Below, in pieces: positions 42,113 to 56,699 of a DNA stretch of 64,000 nucleotides; within the stretch, counting starts at the first letter, position 1, and every line of letters begins with the position of its first letter. A model generated the notes under the pieces. The model was given only the letters and a program-made list of their open reading frames with translations. It made no database searches and had not been told where the DNA came from. The DNA lies in NCBI GenBank assembly GCA_951406725.2, contig OX597814.1, forward strand, positions 198,400,001-198,464,000, in the 5' to 3' direction. Origin of the DNA: Octopus vulgaris (taxonomy: Eukaryota). The position numbers were made by a program, and so were the translations under genes.

Positions 42113-42218
42113 TATATATATATAAAGAGGTGAGGACCGAAATCCTTCAGAGGGATGTCAAACACCCAAGTAAACAATATATATAAAAATACATATTCTG
42201 TATTTGCAAAAACAGTAA

Positions 42219-42630
42219 ATGAAGTATACAGAAAGGAAAAAATTGTAAGTGTAGACGAATTTTGATTCAATTCAAATCCAAGTTGGTACAGAACCCAAAT
42301 ATATTCTACAAATTGTTTCGGAGTCTAACTCATTCCAAAGACAAAGACGAAAAGCTCTTCATAAAATACAAATGAGATTCCTCATCAGGAATTACATACG
42401 TCTGGGCTACGAAAGGTGTTTGTATATTTGTGTTGGTCGTAATTATTCATACTAGTATGTAATTCTTGATGAGGAATCTAATTTGCATTTCATGAAGGGT
42501 TTTTCGTTTTTATCTTTGGAATTAATTAGACTCCGAAGCAATTTGTAAAATGTATATTTGTTCTGTATCAACTTGGATTTGAATTGAATCACATTTCGTC
42601 TACACTTACAATTTTTTCCTTATACTTCAT
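42219..42630. mobile_element. Inverted-repeat element (~175-bp arms) with an HHR in each arm
   Basis: Arms at 42219-42399 and 42455-42630. Left arm minus strand (42303-42392): attc-CTGATGA-gga...tcc-GAAAC-aattt-GTA-gaat. The right copy has decayed (TTGATGA, GAAGC). Confidence 0.85.
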
Positions 42631-43910
42631 ATATATATATATATATATATATATAGATATATAATCTACCCATCCATCCACCTTTCCATCTGTCATTAAA
42701 TTAATCACTCAGTCTATCAATCCATCCATCCTTCCATCCATACATCCATCCATCCGTCCGTTCGTCTGTTTGTTTGTCTGTCTAGCTTTGTAGCTGTAGA
42801 CATATCCATAGATATGTATGTCTATATGTGTCCAGATGAATATATATATATATATATATATATTGTACATATATATATATATGAGCGAAAACATATGTAT
42901 GTATGTTGATAGACATATGCATACATATGTTGATATAGCTAGTTACATATGTGTGAATATATGTACACAGAAGATATCTGTATCATATGTGTATATGATA
43001 TCTCTATCATATGTGAATCTGTACATGTATTTAGAGAGAGAGAGAGAGAAGAGTGATACACAGACAGAAAGATAGAGATTTTCGTTATACAAATAAACAG
43101 ATTCATAATTCAACAGCTGAGACACATTAAAATAAATTCACGAATGTACTTTAAATAAACAAACATGTTATTTACATAGCGTGTTGATTCCCCTGTTTTT
43201 AGTAACTCATACCAACATAGGTCAGACTGAATGTTGATCTACCTTGTAATATATTTGTTATTGATTCGCAAATACGCAAATACACACACATATGTATACA
43301 TATCTATCTGTCTATATGCATGTCTACGTTATGTATGTGAGGAAAAATATCAAAAATTTTCCAGATTCCTGTTTTGTTATGTATGTATATAGACACGCAC
43401 ACAAGCACACACAATATATATATATATATATACTGTTTGTTTAAATTTGTTTGTGAATGTGCGTGTGTGTGTATCAAGATCAAATTTCAGTAGTGCAGAC
43501 AGTTGTATAATAAGGTACCAGGATAACAATCGATATATAAGAAGGAATACTGTATACATATTCAACAAGAAGCAACCAATTTGAAACGACCAGAAACGAA
43601 AACATCATTTGATATAGTTTCCCATTAACATCGATACTGAAATAATATTAACAAGGGACAATCTCTCGTTAACAAACAATTTTCAAAACCCAGACTTCCA
43701 TCGATTCCTTAACAGAAACAATATACAGTTAAGCTTTAGCTGCATACGAAACTATTCCAGTATAATATACGCACGTAATGTTGTGAGAAAGCAAGTAACA
43801 GAGTCTCTACATGGATGCACGCTCTAAAAGAAACAGCAGGCAAATCTTCCTCAAATTACACTTTCTTTAAACTTTTAAACAGGATACATGACTTAATGTA
43901 GTTTTAGATA

Positions 43911-44072
43911 GGCGTAGGAGTGGCTGTATGGTAAGTAGCTTGCTTACGAATCACATGGTTCCGGGTTCAGTCCTACTGCGTGGCGCCTTGGGCAAGTGTG
44001 TTCTATTATAACCTCGGGCCGACCAAAGCCTTGTGAGTGGATTTGGTAGACAGAAACTGAAAGAAGCCCGTC

Positions 44073-44114
<42 letters not shown>

Positions 44115-44344
44115 GTATATATATATGTATGTGTGTGTCTGTTTGTCCCCCCCAACATCGCCTGACAACCGATGGGGTGTGTTTACTTCCCCGTAACTTA
44201 GCGGTTCGGCAAAGAGACCGATAGAATAAGTACTAGACTTACAAAGAATAAGTCCTGGGGTCGATTTGCTCGACTAAAGGCGGTGCTCCAGCATGGCCAC
44301 AGTCAAATGACTGAAACAAGTAAAAGAGTAAAAGAGTAAAGAGT
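43911..44344 (+). mobile_element. SINE family A, full length
   Basis: Head to (GTAAAAGA)n tail. Confidence 0.92.
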
Positions 44345-45512
44345 ATCACTAAAAAGACGGGTTGCGTCCGAGTATTTCATCTTTGATCATAGTTTTGCTC
44401 AGTCTAGGTGTGCCTGAGGCAAAACATCTTCACTAACACCAGTACCAGTACCACCACTACTACTACTATGGTCTTAACAATACATGTGTTTAATAGTCTT
44501 AAGGACACCTATCAACCTTCAGTAGTTCCGCATCTTCTATCTACATTATTTCTCACGAAACATGAAGTAATTTTGCAAGATAATCGTCGTTTAATGTTTC
44601 TCAATGTTTGTTATCTTGTAATCCTATTCAAGAAAAAAAAAAGCATTATTTATTTATCAGTCACAGATAATTATGAAGATATAAGAATATACAAGGCAGT
44701 AGCATATCATGTTTACATGCACTCTATAGTGTTGATAAAGAATATTCGTTAACCAATCTAATTAATATCTTTCCTAATTGAATTTAATATATTGCGCTCA
44801 TGGAATATATATATATACTTAACAGGTGGATCAAAATAGTTGTTTAAAATTCCATGAGCACCATCTCTAATTTCATATGTAAGATAACACAGTTCTGATT
44901 ATGTCTTCTTTGGCGTTACAGAGTTATATGTAAAAATTTGGATTGTGAATAACAGTTATATATTTCATAATAACCATCTGTGTAGCATACTTTAACGTAT
45001 ACATCTCATTGGAAGACATGATGCTGTGGTTTTTGTCTGAAAAAAAAATCTCCACAAACGTTCTGTGTTAGGAAGACTATATATCGGAGACGAACATCGT
45101 TGCAGCAGTGACTCAGGAAAAGGACAGATCTGTTTCCTTCTAGAACATTGTCACTGACGTGTAGCAGGCCGTCACAAAATTTTCCATATCTGATACACCT
45201 CGAGCAGTGAATAAAACATTCACTGGTATTGCGGAAAGCATGCCGAGCTAAATTAAACTCAGTGCACGCAACTGAAATAACATTTAATCAAAATCGCCGT
45301 CAGTACCATACACGACATTCTAACAACATATCTATGAAGAAATTTTCTTCAGACAAAAACTACAACATCATGGCTTTCAATGCTCCGAGATACGTATTGT
45401 GTCTCTCTAACACAGCGTATTTATGAACGGATTTTCTCTCAGACAAAGGCCACAGTATCATACCTTCCTATAGTGTATATACGTTAAATGCGGAGCACAG
45501 ACTTTAATTCAA

Positions 45513-45731
45513 TCGTTTAGCATTTAAACTGACCATATCTATTCATATATTCTACCTGTTTTATGTTCAAATCGGTTAGATCCAGCCTCTCACACCTACT
45601 CTACAATGTCGTTCTTAAACTAAACAATTACATCATTGAAATCTCAAAGCTACGAGATGATGTGTGATTAATTCAAAACAAGGTGAATAAATAAGGTTTA
45701 CATTTGACAGAATAATTTAAATGTTGAAGGG
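45513..45731. mobile_element. piggyBac-like MITE, decayed
   Basis: Right end AAATGTTGAAGGG|TTAA; left end TCGTTTAGCATTTAAA is a degenerate inverted match. Confidence 0.55.
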
Positions 45732-46387
45732 TTAAGGTTATTGCAATGGGTATGGGTCATTTTAAGTACAGCCGTTCAAGCGTTCTCTATTTAAGATCAG
45801 ACGTTTTAATCTTTCTCTCGCTCTCAACCTCTCTCTCTCTGTCAGTTTCTATCTCCCTCTCTCCCCATTGCCACCCTCTCTCTCTCAGTTTATGTGTGTG
45901 AGCTTATTTCTCGATCTGTATGAGGGGAGGAAAAGTGTTTATGTCAAATAGCAAACTAGCTCGTTAAGAAAATCTCTATTATGTCAATCTTGTTTAATAA
46001 ATTACTGTCTCCCTTTCTCCGTCTCTCTCACTCTGTCTCCCCCGCGCTCTCTCTCTCGTTCTCACTCTTCCTGTCTGTATGTCTGTATCTCCGAATGCTC
46101 GTATGTGTGTGTGAGTGTGCGTGTGTGTGCGTGTGCGCGTGCGTGCGTTTGCCTTCAGCGCCGAAAAGTTCTGTCGCCAAAACAAACAGCCGTGACAAAT
46201 CGTCAATATTCAAACAAATGCGCCCAAACATCTTATCTTTATTCATGTCTGAAGGAGTCATACGAAAATTGAACAAGATATTCATCGTTGTTGGTTAATT
46301 AGACATTAATTAACACAACAGCGACAGCATGAACGATGAACATACAATATTCGTATAATACTGAACATTTAAGAAAATATGAACATA

Positions 46388-46492
46388 GGCGCAGGAGTGG
46401 TTGTGTGGTAAGTAGCTTGCTAACCAACCACATGGTTCCGGGTTCAGTCCCACTGCATGGAACCTTGGGCAAGTGTCTTCTACTGTAGCCTC
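46388..46492 (+). mobile_element. SINE family A head
   Basis: GGCGCAGGAGTGGTTGTGTGGTAAG..CAAGTGTCTTCTAC. Confidence 0.85.
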
Positions 46493-46713
46493 GCCTACCG
46501 ATATTTCTTCCGGCTTATTACATTTTGAGATCAAATCTCGCCGCAGTTCCAGGGTCGATAAAGTAAGCACTGGAGTCTGTTTACACACTTCGTTAAAATT
46601 ACTGGCCTTGGGCCAAAATTAAGGAATTGTTGGAAAGGTATGAACTGAGAGAATTGCAGTTATAACAGAACTGATGGAAAATCATGTATGGGGATGAACC
46701 GACATGCGCGCGC

Positions 46714-46751
<38 letters not shown>

Positions 46752-47487
46752 ACAATATAAGAAATGCATGAAAAGGTGTGATGGTACGTACGTGCATGTG
46801 TGTTTATATTTGTGCGTGTGGGAGTGAAATGCGATGTATTGATTAAGATCTGAATAAAACTCGCCAGGTGAGAGAATCAATGGCTATTGTTGGTTGAAAA
46901 GGAAGACCAGACATTGGTGGGGAGAACTGAATGAAGCGTTTCAAAGAATGGAACGGAGATTATGTCTGAATAAAATTCTGTTTAATTAACTGATGTTTAT
47001 CCTGTAGGTATAGACGAAAATTAATGTATGAAGACATAACTAAAATGTGTAACGTTCCTGTGATGAAGCTGATATCTGAAAGAACACAATAAGCACGTAG
47101 ATAAAGGTAGATAAATCTCACCATTAAGGCGAATACAATAACGACAAACATGTTTTATATAAGGTTTAAAGATTTATAAATGCCAAGATATAAGAGATAT
47201 AAGCGTTTCTCCTTAACAGCGTAATGGAATTTTAAATCTATGATATTATTTTCGATTGATTTATCGATTAGTATTTCTGATCAATCGATAAGTTTATATA
47301 AGGGCCTTATTCATAAGTTTAAAGTAAATTTCACATACGCTCTTACAATTTTACAATATCTTCGTGGATCGATAATATAATATATTATTATATACGTGTT
47401 ATCGATCACTGAATATACATACACCTCAACAACGCTCAGAATCCCAAATGATATAGGACATATATTACACGCAAATATATATGTTTG

Positions 47488-47543
<56 letters not shown>

Positions 47544-47565
47544 CCTCTCCCTGATACACACACGC

Positions 47566-47671
<106 letters not shown>

Positions 47672-47753
47672 GATATATTTGTGTGTGTTAAGCTTAAGGC
47701 TTATATTATTTATAAAATTGTAAAAAATCGACACTGCTTACCAAAAATCACTA

Positions 47754-47807
<54 letters not shown>

Positions 47808-47831
47808 ATATATATATATATATATATATGA

Positions 47832-48209
47832 ATGAAAATGCATTAAATACTAAAAAACGTACATGTAAGGCACAGAAGGACCTTTATTCTTCATCAGTTA
47901 TCGACCAAAATACTAATACTTAGTTTCGTGCCTTTAAAGATAAGACTGAGAACTTCGTATAGTGGCGGCACCCGCAAAATTTGCGGGAGAATTAGGGTTC
48001 CAGCAAACAAAACAATACAGGGTGGACGTACGAATGTAAACAAATGTAATTTGAAACGATAAACGAAGACAGAATAAATACGAAATTCTCAGTCTTATCG
48101 TTTAAGGCACGAAACTGAGTATTAGTATTTTGGTCGATAACTGATGAAGAATAAAGGTCCTTCTTTGTGTTACTCGTACGTTTTATAGTATTTAATGCAT
48201 TTTTCATTT
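47832..48209. mobile_element. Inverted-repeat element (~130-bp arms) abutting (TA)n
   Basis: 47832-47960 is inverted at 48078-48209 (AAGGACCTTTATTCTTCATCAGTTATCGACCAAAATACTAATACT). Confidence 0.85.
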
Positions 48210-48258
48210 ATTGAGTAACTGAACGCCACGTATGCCGGCTTTTGTTAGCAGTAAGTTT

Positions 48259-48298
<40 letters not shown>

Positions 48299-49103
48299 GC
48301 ACATAAATATATCAGCACAGGCGGATACCATAAGAGCTCTCAGGTATAATCCAGGTTTAGGCTAACCGCATCAAGTTGTAAGAAGACTGAAAGATCACTT
48401 TTGGGTGAGCGATCTCACCGGGATTCTTCTGACGGGTAAATCCAGGATTATGAATATTTTCAGGGGTGTAAATCCATTTCAAAGAGTACGAAGACCGGTA
48501 CATCTTCAAATGTTTCTTTTAATTCAAGAGTTATGCTTTATAATTAACTGTTGAATTAAGAGAAATTTGAAAATGTACTAGTCTCTGTATTCTTTGTAAT
48601 ATCTCTCTCTCTATCTACATATGTGTGCATGTGTATGTGTGTGCGTGTGTGTATTATTATATATATATATATATGAATATACACACTCACTCATAAACAC
48701 ACACATGTATGTAACGAAAGAAAGAAGCACTCAACGTTTGGTTGAAGTTACAAATATTTAATAACATTTTAACACAGCTCTTCATTACCTTGAGTTTCTT
48801 AGGTGTAGGAAACATCCTCATTATCAGATGTTCAGAGACATTTGGAATAAGGGGAAGCCGACATACGCACACGCACGCACGCGCACGCGTAGGGCTAGAG
48901 ATGAGAGCGATTACCTCCCTTGCAAATGCTATAAGGACACAGACTGTGTGTAGATAGCCAGCTGAAAAATATGTTTTCCTGGGGCTATAACAACAGTATC
49001 ATCGTCTTATATAGGACTGTCACGTTCTGTTAGCATGTAACCATTATATATATATCGTCTGTAAAAAAACAAATCCGAAAGAAGAAGCACTTCTTCTTTC
49101 GCC

Positions 49104-49990
49104 TGCGTGTATATATACATGTAGAGGTAGGTACGTACATATATGTATATATATATGCATATGTTTTATTTATTAATATATTATATGACGGAACGCACGC
49201 ATCCCTTTCTAAGTAAGATTGTTCTTGATATTAATTTTGATGCGCACTCTTAATCTTTCTGTCCCATCCCTTTCTCAGCCTTCATTCTTTGATTTCCTTT
49301 TCTTCTACTTAACTGTCTCTCCCTCTCTCTCATTCTTCACTCTCTCTTTCTCCCTCTCTCTCATTCTTCATGGTTTCCTCACAACCATTCCCCTTTCTTC
49401 TCTCCCTTTCTCTTGCTCCTCCTCCTCCCTCCCGTCGTTGACCCGCGACGAGAGCTCTGCTACTGTCTTTCTGGCCTGACTTCCTTGAAGTGTAGACAGC
49501 ATTTTCTGTTGCTCCTTCGCCGTTCTAAAAAATAGCGTTCGTAATACTTTTTCTCGTTCGGCTTAACAGCCCTTCTTGTCTTGTTATTTTCCTTGTCCTG
49601 TCTTTTACTGCTTATATTTTGTACTGTCGTTACTGTCCTGTTTTTGTTACCATTTTTACCCCTCTATAAAAAGATCTCAAATTTTATTTTATTTGCTTTT
49701 CGCAGGAAGGAAAGTTTCTATCGAAGATACGTCTCGCCTTCACCTTCGAAACGTAGAGTAGATGAAACCATGGCGACTGAAGAAATTGTTTTTTCCTTGT
49801 GTTATTTGTCCTGTACTCTATTTTTTTGTTGTTTAAGAAAAATGTCCAGTTCCTTGGGTTTGTGTCTATGTTTTCGTTTCTCATTGTGTTCGACGTTTTT
49901 TTGGTGTCCTGTACTCATATATGCGTGTATATATACATGTAGAGGTAGGTACGTACATATATGTATATATATATGCATATGTTTTATTTA

Positions 49991-49992
<2 letters not shown>
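49104..49992 (+). mobile_element. Non-coding element bounded by ~70-bp direct repeats (pseudo-LTR-like)
   Basis: TGCGTGTATATATACATGTAGAGGTAGGTACGTAC..GTTTTATTTATT at 49104-49174 and 49922-49992, ending at (TA)n. Confidence 0.7.
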
Positions 49993-50047
<55 letters not shown>

Positions 50048-50281
50048 TATGAGTATAATTATGAGGCAAGAGAAATAGCTAGGTGTTTGGCTAAATTTTC
50101 GGTATGTGGTGAACCAAATTTTTTTGCTGAATCCTAATTATAATTATACCCATAATTATAAAAAAATTGTTGTTTAAGTTTACCGATAATGGTTCTTTTA
50201 ACATGCCAAAACTACTTGATAAAATTATTAATAATTGATAATTATTAATTAATTAATTTATTTTACCGTTTATTATTATTG

Positions 50282-50347
<66 letters not shown>

Positions 50348-50867
50348 AGCATATAGATAAATAGATAGATAGATAGAGTGAGTAGGCCTAGTAGTGATTT
50401 TAATTGTGTTTTAATTGTGATAATTTTAGTTTCAATGTTTAAAACTAGAGATATGAAGTACAAAATTGTTCTCTTATAAATGTGTAATTACAATGTCGAT
50501 GGGTTGTTAAAGGAAATAGGAGATTCATATGTGCATCAAATCCCACCTAATTTTACAGTTCTATCTCCACTCCTTGAACACATAACTGGAAAAGCTCTTA
50601 CTCGCGAGTTCTTTGATACAGAACCCATACAGCGGAATTGCTGCCATCTATCCGTCTTTTCAAATTCCTTCCTCAGTGCTATAATCCTTTTCTACCGTTT
50701 TAGCCTTATCTGGTAAGAGTTGTACAAAATCCACCCTGAATGTTTTAAAGCCCATAGGCAATTTTCTGCTCTTTGACCACTAAGTTTTGATAAAAACTAC
50801 ATTAGCGGTCTAACAACAGTTGAAAGTAACACACTGCATGTACTGAGCGGAGTGAATTTGAAAGTTA

Positions 50868-51272
50868 CTACCCACAAGGGGCTAAACACAGAGGGGACAA
50901 ACAAGGACAGACACACGGATTAAGTCGATAACATCGACCCCAGTGCGTAACTGGTGCTTAATTTATCGACCCCGAAAGGATGAAAGGCAAAGTCGACCTC
51001 GGCGGAATTTGAACTCACAACGTAACGGCAGACGAAATACCTATTTCTTTACTACCCACAAGGGGCTAAGCACAGAGGGGACAAACAAAGACAGGCAAAC
51101 GGATTAAGTGGATTACATCCACCCCAGTGCGTAACTGGTACTTATTTAATCGACCCCGAAAGGATGAAAGGCAAAGTCCGTTTCGGCGGAATTTGAACTC
51201 ACAACGTAGCAGCGGACAAAATACCACAAAGCATTTCGCCCGGCTTGCTAACGTGTCTGCCAGCTCACCGCC
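50868..51272 (-). mobile_element. SINE B dimer
   Basis: Junction CGAAATACCTATTTC at ~51033; TGAAAGTTA on both sides. Confidence 0.9.
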
Positions 51273-52284
51273 TTTAACATGAAAGTTAACATGTACCGTT
51301 GACTCTTTTGTTTGAAGAACATCATTTCCGCTGTAATGTCCGGCCTTATACTATTTTGCTATGGTTAATTTTCATAGTCCGCCTCAGTTAAGTGATCAAG
51401 GTACATTTATCTATACACACTGTTTCGTGTGTGACTTAGCTTTAGTTATATGTTCCGCTCGCTCTAAATTTCTTATTAAGCTATTTCTTGTAACCACATA
51501 CACACATGCGAATCATACAACGTTCGTTTTTACATGAATCCTTCGTTAAACAGATGGTGTATACACACAATCTACACAATTCACATCAATTGTATGAACA
51601 GAAGACTTTAAAATATTCTCCAGTGGTGACATTTGAAAGGTCCAAAACATTGTAGCTTCACTGTGAGACACAAAAGACACACATCTTTATATCCTTTGTA
51701 TTCATAGACAACACACGAGTAAAGATTCCACAGTTTTCACAAATGCTATCTTTCACAAATATCTTAATACTTTCTGGAGACATTTGACGTTTATAAAACA
51801 GAAATGACTAAACACGAAAAGCCAGGTTTCTTAGTCAGATCAGTCACTGACCTTTTCAAAGCACAATTGCGTCACATAATAGTATACTGCTTTTGATAGT
51901 CAATACAAATTATGCAGAGTCTGTAGTCTTCTCCAGCCTGCCTAGACACTCTATTTAACTGTAATGCAGCTGTTGCTTTGTATAAATATTCTAACCATCA
52001 TTTCTTGATAAGATATTTGTCTGATCAGTTAATCTCCGTTCAACAACACTAAAATATCAAATGCTATGGAAGAAAGCTGGCTACATCGATGATCCGGTTC
52101 CTTGTCTTGTTATCCTTATAATATTTCGAACTATCGAGCACCTTACTAAGTAATGTAAAAACCCCTAAAATTACCCCTCTCTCCCTGTTTTCTCGACACC
52201 CTCGACTTTTAAAACAATCTAAGCTATTAACATAACACAAGGCATTTGCAAGGCTCTCTTTATGTTATAAATATACCTGTATGA

Positions 52285-52417
52285 TATTTCGTTTTTGGAT
52301 TTGGTTTGCAAGATTCTTTATATGAGTTCGTGTATTGAAGCATATTCTGTTGTATCTGGGGAGAGTCATTTCTTTTTGTGCCTTATAATGTAATTCATTC
52401 ACCGGTAAAATTTCTAC

Positions 52418-52478
<61 letters not shown>

Positions 52479-52621
52479 GAGAGTCAAAACTACTGAAAAG
52501 GTTGCAAGACGCAACGAAAATTTTAGGAAAATAAAAATAAGAAAAAAAGTGGAAATTTTACCGATGAGTGTGTTACATTAGAAGGTACAAAAAGAAAATG
52601 ACTCTCCCCAGACACAACAGA
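52285..52621. mobile_element. Inverted pair around (TTA)n with a 12-bp flanking duplication
   Basis: 52343-52420 is inverted at 52547-52624; ATACCTGTATGA at 52273-52284 and 52622-52633. Confidence 0.75.
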
Positions 52622-52946
52622 ATACCTGTATGAATTCTCAAGATTCTCTCTATCCGCATGTTAAAAATATCTTCAACTTAGAGAAAACTAATACAATCCT
52701 TTCTTTGATTTTACAATATTTTATATTCCCAACACTATCAACCTACTCGCTTCTTAATATTCTGACGGTTATATTTGTTTCCCTCACTCTATTTCTGCAG
52801 TAGTTATTTCGATCTCACCGAGAACTCAAGCTCTGTCAGAAACTAAAAACCATAACCGAATCAAATCTGTCGAGTTCCTTAATACTACAGTAAACTTGAA
52901 CTGAGATACAGTTCTATATATTGAAGAGAAATTATGTACATTATTT

Positions 52947-53187
52947 GTGGAGAGTGGCTTAGTGGTTAGGGTGTCAGCATCATGATCGTAAGATTGTGGT
53001 TTCGATTCCTGGCCCGGGTGACGCGTTGTGTTCTTGAGCAAAACACTTCATTTCACGTTGCTCCAGTCCAGTCAACTGGCAAAAATGAGTAACGCTGCGA
53101 TGGACTGGCGTCCCGTCCAGCTGGGGAACACATACGCCATTGAAACCGGGAAACCGGGCCCAAGAGCCTGGCTTGGCTTTAAAAAGA
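52947..53187 (+). mobile_element. tRNA-derived SINE family D (V-domain-like)
   Basis: tRNA-like head TGGCTTAGTGGTTAGG..GGTTTCGATTCC and CTGCGATGGACTGGCGTCCCGTCCAG, which resembles the V-SINE domain. A related head lies at 56416-56553. Confidence 0.75.
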
Positions 53188-53661
53188 TGTATTTATTTAT
53201 TTTTTGTTTGGGGGGCATGGGGTTGAAATCGCAGTAGAGTCCGCTCGAACGGGCAGCCATAACAAAGTGGCTATGAATATTGCTTGTCAATACTTTTTCT
53301 GTCTAAAAGAAATGTATAGTCATAAGATTTAGACTTAATTCTGTGACGAGTTCTACAACTCAGAAGTCCGGTGTTAAAGCCGGTTTCCATGGTCTATAAG
53401 TGTCTAAAACGACAACACTCTCTCCTGAACGGGACGCCTGTTCGTCGTTAGGTTAACTTTCCAAATATTGTTGGAATTCATTTAGAGTTGAGTGAACTGG
53501 AGAATAGCGAAATGAAGGGCTTTGCTCAAGAACACGACTCACCTCCTGGTCCGAGAATCGAAACTATAGTGTCATGACCTTCAGTGCAATATTGTTACCA
53601 CTTGGTCCCCACCGTGATATATAGCTTTAAACCAATCCTAATTCTTCTACTGACACGAATA

Positions 53662-54163
53662 CCGTAAATCCTCGAGTATAATCCGCATTTCCCCTCAAAA
53701 TTTAAAGGTCAAAATCCCTTTTAATGAGGTTAAAAATGAAAATTATTTTCTAAGCAATGCCCGAGTCTCTATTTGCTGTCTGGCAATGTTTATTCAGACG
53801 CATTTTGTAATGTCGAGCGCGAAAATACCTTAAGCTAAGCTTGAAAGCAATGAAGTCATAAAAGAATCATCCATAACTTGCAGTAAGCAACATTTATTAA
53901 ACGTTATTACTGTTATTTCTTTATTTTCTGCAAAACAAAATGCATAAAAAAGCTACACGTTTGCATTATGTTATATATACAATAATAATAATGGACGTTA
54001 CCGTATACATTTTTACAAACCAAGGACGTTATATAGACCTCCTTGACTCAAGTTAGAGAAGGAGTGCGTATTATACACAAGGTTTAGGTTTTTCAGAGGT
54101 ACAGCCCCCTAAAAATCCCCTGCGAATTATACTCAAGGGCGGACTATACTCGAGGATTTACGG
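53662..54163. mobile_element. Tc1/mariner-superfamily (Tc2/pogo-type) MITE
   Basis: TIR CCGTAAATCCTCGAGTATA(A/G)TCCGC at both ends with a TA TSD. Confidence 0.92.
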
Positions 54164-54699
54164 TAATTGATGATATCAACATTAAATAGGTTAAGCGATT
54201 ACATTCAGTTCCGTTGGATAACAGCATACAATATCAGAGTAACTGCAGCCATTTTACTTTGTTCAGCTGCGCACACACAGCTAAAATTTGGTTGAAAAAT
54301 GATAGAAACATCTGATAGTTTCTGCTTCATTGGTGTATTTAAAAAGAAAACACAAGCCATAGTTTCATTCCATATTTTGCTTAACACATTCAAAACCATG
54401 TAAAGATAATAGATATTCAGAACAAAGCAAGGAAACGCAACAAATAATAATAACAGTCGAAACAGTCGTAAATATATACAGTCTTATAAGACGTAGTAAG
54501 TTTCTTTGTTGAATGATTCTGACAACTTCAGATGGAACCCGAGGGAAAGCAGCAGATCTGCGTGTGTGGGCGGTGGCGTAGGGTGGGTGTGGTTGTGTCT
54601 ACCTGTGTCTAGCAGTGTGTGTTATCGTTAGTTACCTGACGGAAGAAAGAAAATCATTGTCGTTGTAATATACAGCTAAAACTAATATATTCCCTACAT

Positions 54700-54800
54700 A
54701 CACATGCATACATGCATTTATACATACAAACACACACACACACATGTATATCTATCTGCCTATCTGTCTATCTACCTACCTACCTACCTACCTACCTACA

Positions 54801-54896
<96 letters not shown>

Positions 54897-55054
54897 ATGT
54901 ATTAATATAATATACTATGCATTCATATATATATATATATATATATAGTATATGTGTGCATCTTTCTCTTTCTTTCTCTCTTCCTTTCTTTCTGTGTGTG
55001 TGTGTGTGTTATATATATATATGTGTGTATATATATATATATATAGATACATAC

Positions 55055-55089
<35 letters not shown>

Positions 55090-55102
55090 GATACATACAT
55101 AT

Positions 55103-55133
<31 letters not shown>

Positions 55134-55172
55134 GATACATACATATATATATATATATATATACATACATAT

Positions 55173-55229
<57 letters not shown>

Positions 55230-55682
55230 CATATATACATACATACATATATATATATAATATAATATATAGATATATATATATATAAAAGAGAGAGAGA
55301 GAGAGAGAGAGAGTGTGTGAGAGACACGAATGTGTGCTGTGTGTATGTATGTATGCATGTGCGGGCATATATGTGTACGTGTGCACATTCTACGTCAAGC
55401 ATTAGTTTAACATATGCTAAGCTTAGAGGAGAAACCTTATCAATACTTCTTTAATACAGAGTAAAGAAAAAGGTTTCTTTCATTGTGTCAAACTCTTCCA
55501 TAATAAAGTTACAGACTTTTCCCAGTCTACCTTTTTCCTCTCTTTTTCTCTCAATCACTCTCTCACTCATTCTATGACTTTCTACCTTTCTCTCTCTCTC
55601 TCTGTCTCTTTCTGCCTCTTTCTTTAGCTATCTGCTTGTCTCTGTATCACTCACTCACTCACTCACTCACTCACTCTCTTCA

Positions 55683-55749
<67 letters not shown>

Positions 55750-55899
55750 GAACGAACATACGTTCATACACGCATGTATAAATACACGCATGCATACATA
55801 CATACTTATGTACATACATACATATATATACATAGGTACATATATGCATACATTCATGCATGCATGGATAAGTACGTACGTACATACATATATTGATGT

Positions 55900-55930
<31 letters not shown>

Positions 55931-56135
55931 CATACAGATACATACAATATATTCATACATACATAAATACACACACACATGCGTACATACATACATACAT
56001 TCACACATGCATACATGTATATACATACATTCATACATACATTCTTACATGCATACACGCATACATAAATGCATACATACATGCATATGTATATATATAC
56101 ATTCATACATACATACATACGTACATACATACATT
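54700..56135. repeat. Extended compound microsatellite region
   Basis: (TCTA)n, (TA)n, (TACA)n and (GA)n tracts with a short unique spacer. Confidence 0.9.
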
Positions 56136-56699
56136 AAGGTGTGCCTTTACAAGCAGTACAAGTGCTTTCGTCATTGCTCTAATTAGTAATCGAATATCTT
56201 CGAACAGATGTAAAATGATGTCTAACAGTCTCCCTTAGGTAGAAAATAGCGAAATGGCCTGACCTGGTTTCGATACTAATTCTCAGTATTGGCTAAAGTG
56301 CTTCTTAGTGGACCAATAATTAAATTACTGGGAAGTCAACAAAAGACATTATTTATGCAAATCGAATTAACCGATTTTGTGGAGCCATAATATTTACTAG
56401 CTTATAAATAGTGGTGTGAAGGCGCACGGTTTAGTGGTTAGGATTTTCGGTTAACGATCATAAGATCATGAGTTCGATTCCCAGTGGCGCATTGTGCCAT
56501 TGAACAAGTTACTTTATTTCACATTGCTCCAGTCTACTCAGCTGGCAAAGTGAGATGTACAGTCGCACGACTCTACTGCAACGTATCATCACATCAAAGG
56601 ATGAGCATATTATGAGCAGAAGACTATGCATGGATATGTTAGTAGAAAGCTCCAAGATGATAGTAACATCGATCGTCAAAGAAATCTATCATGGACGAA

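Noticed and set aside
45000-45190. Possible very old mariner fragment, also at 59628-59800
   Set aside because: Too decayed to support by eye.
48105-48155. Type II hammerhead (GAAAC...CTGATGA)
   Set aside because: No stem II pairing across the core, so it is not called a ribozyme.
50559-50712. Plus-strand exon candidate (cag|...|gtaaga), and an acceptor at 52800
   Set aside because: Good splice-like signals, but no recognisable protein and no consistent continuing frame.
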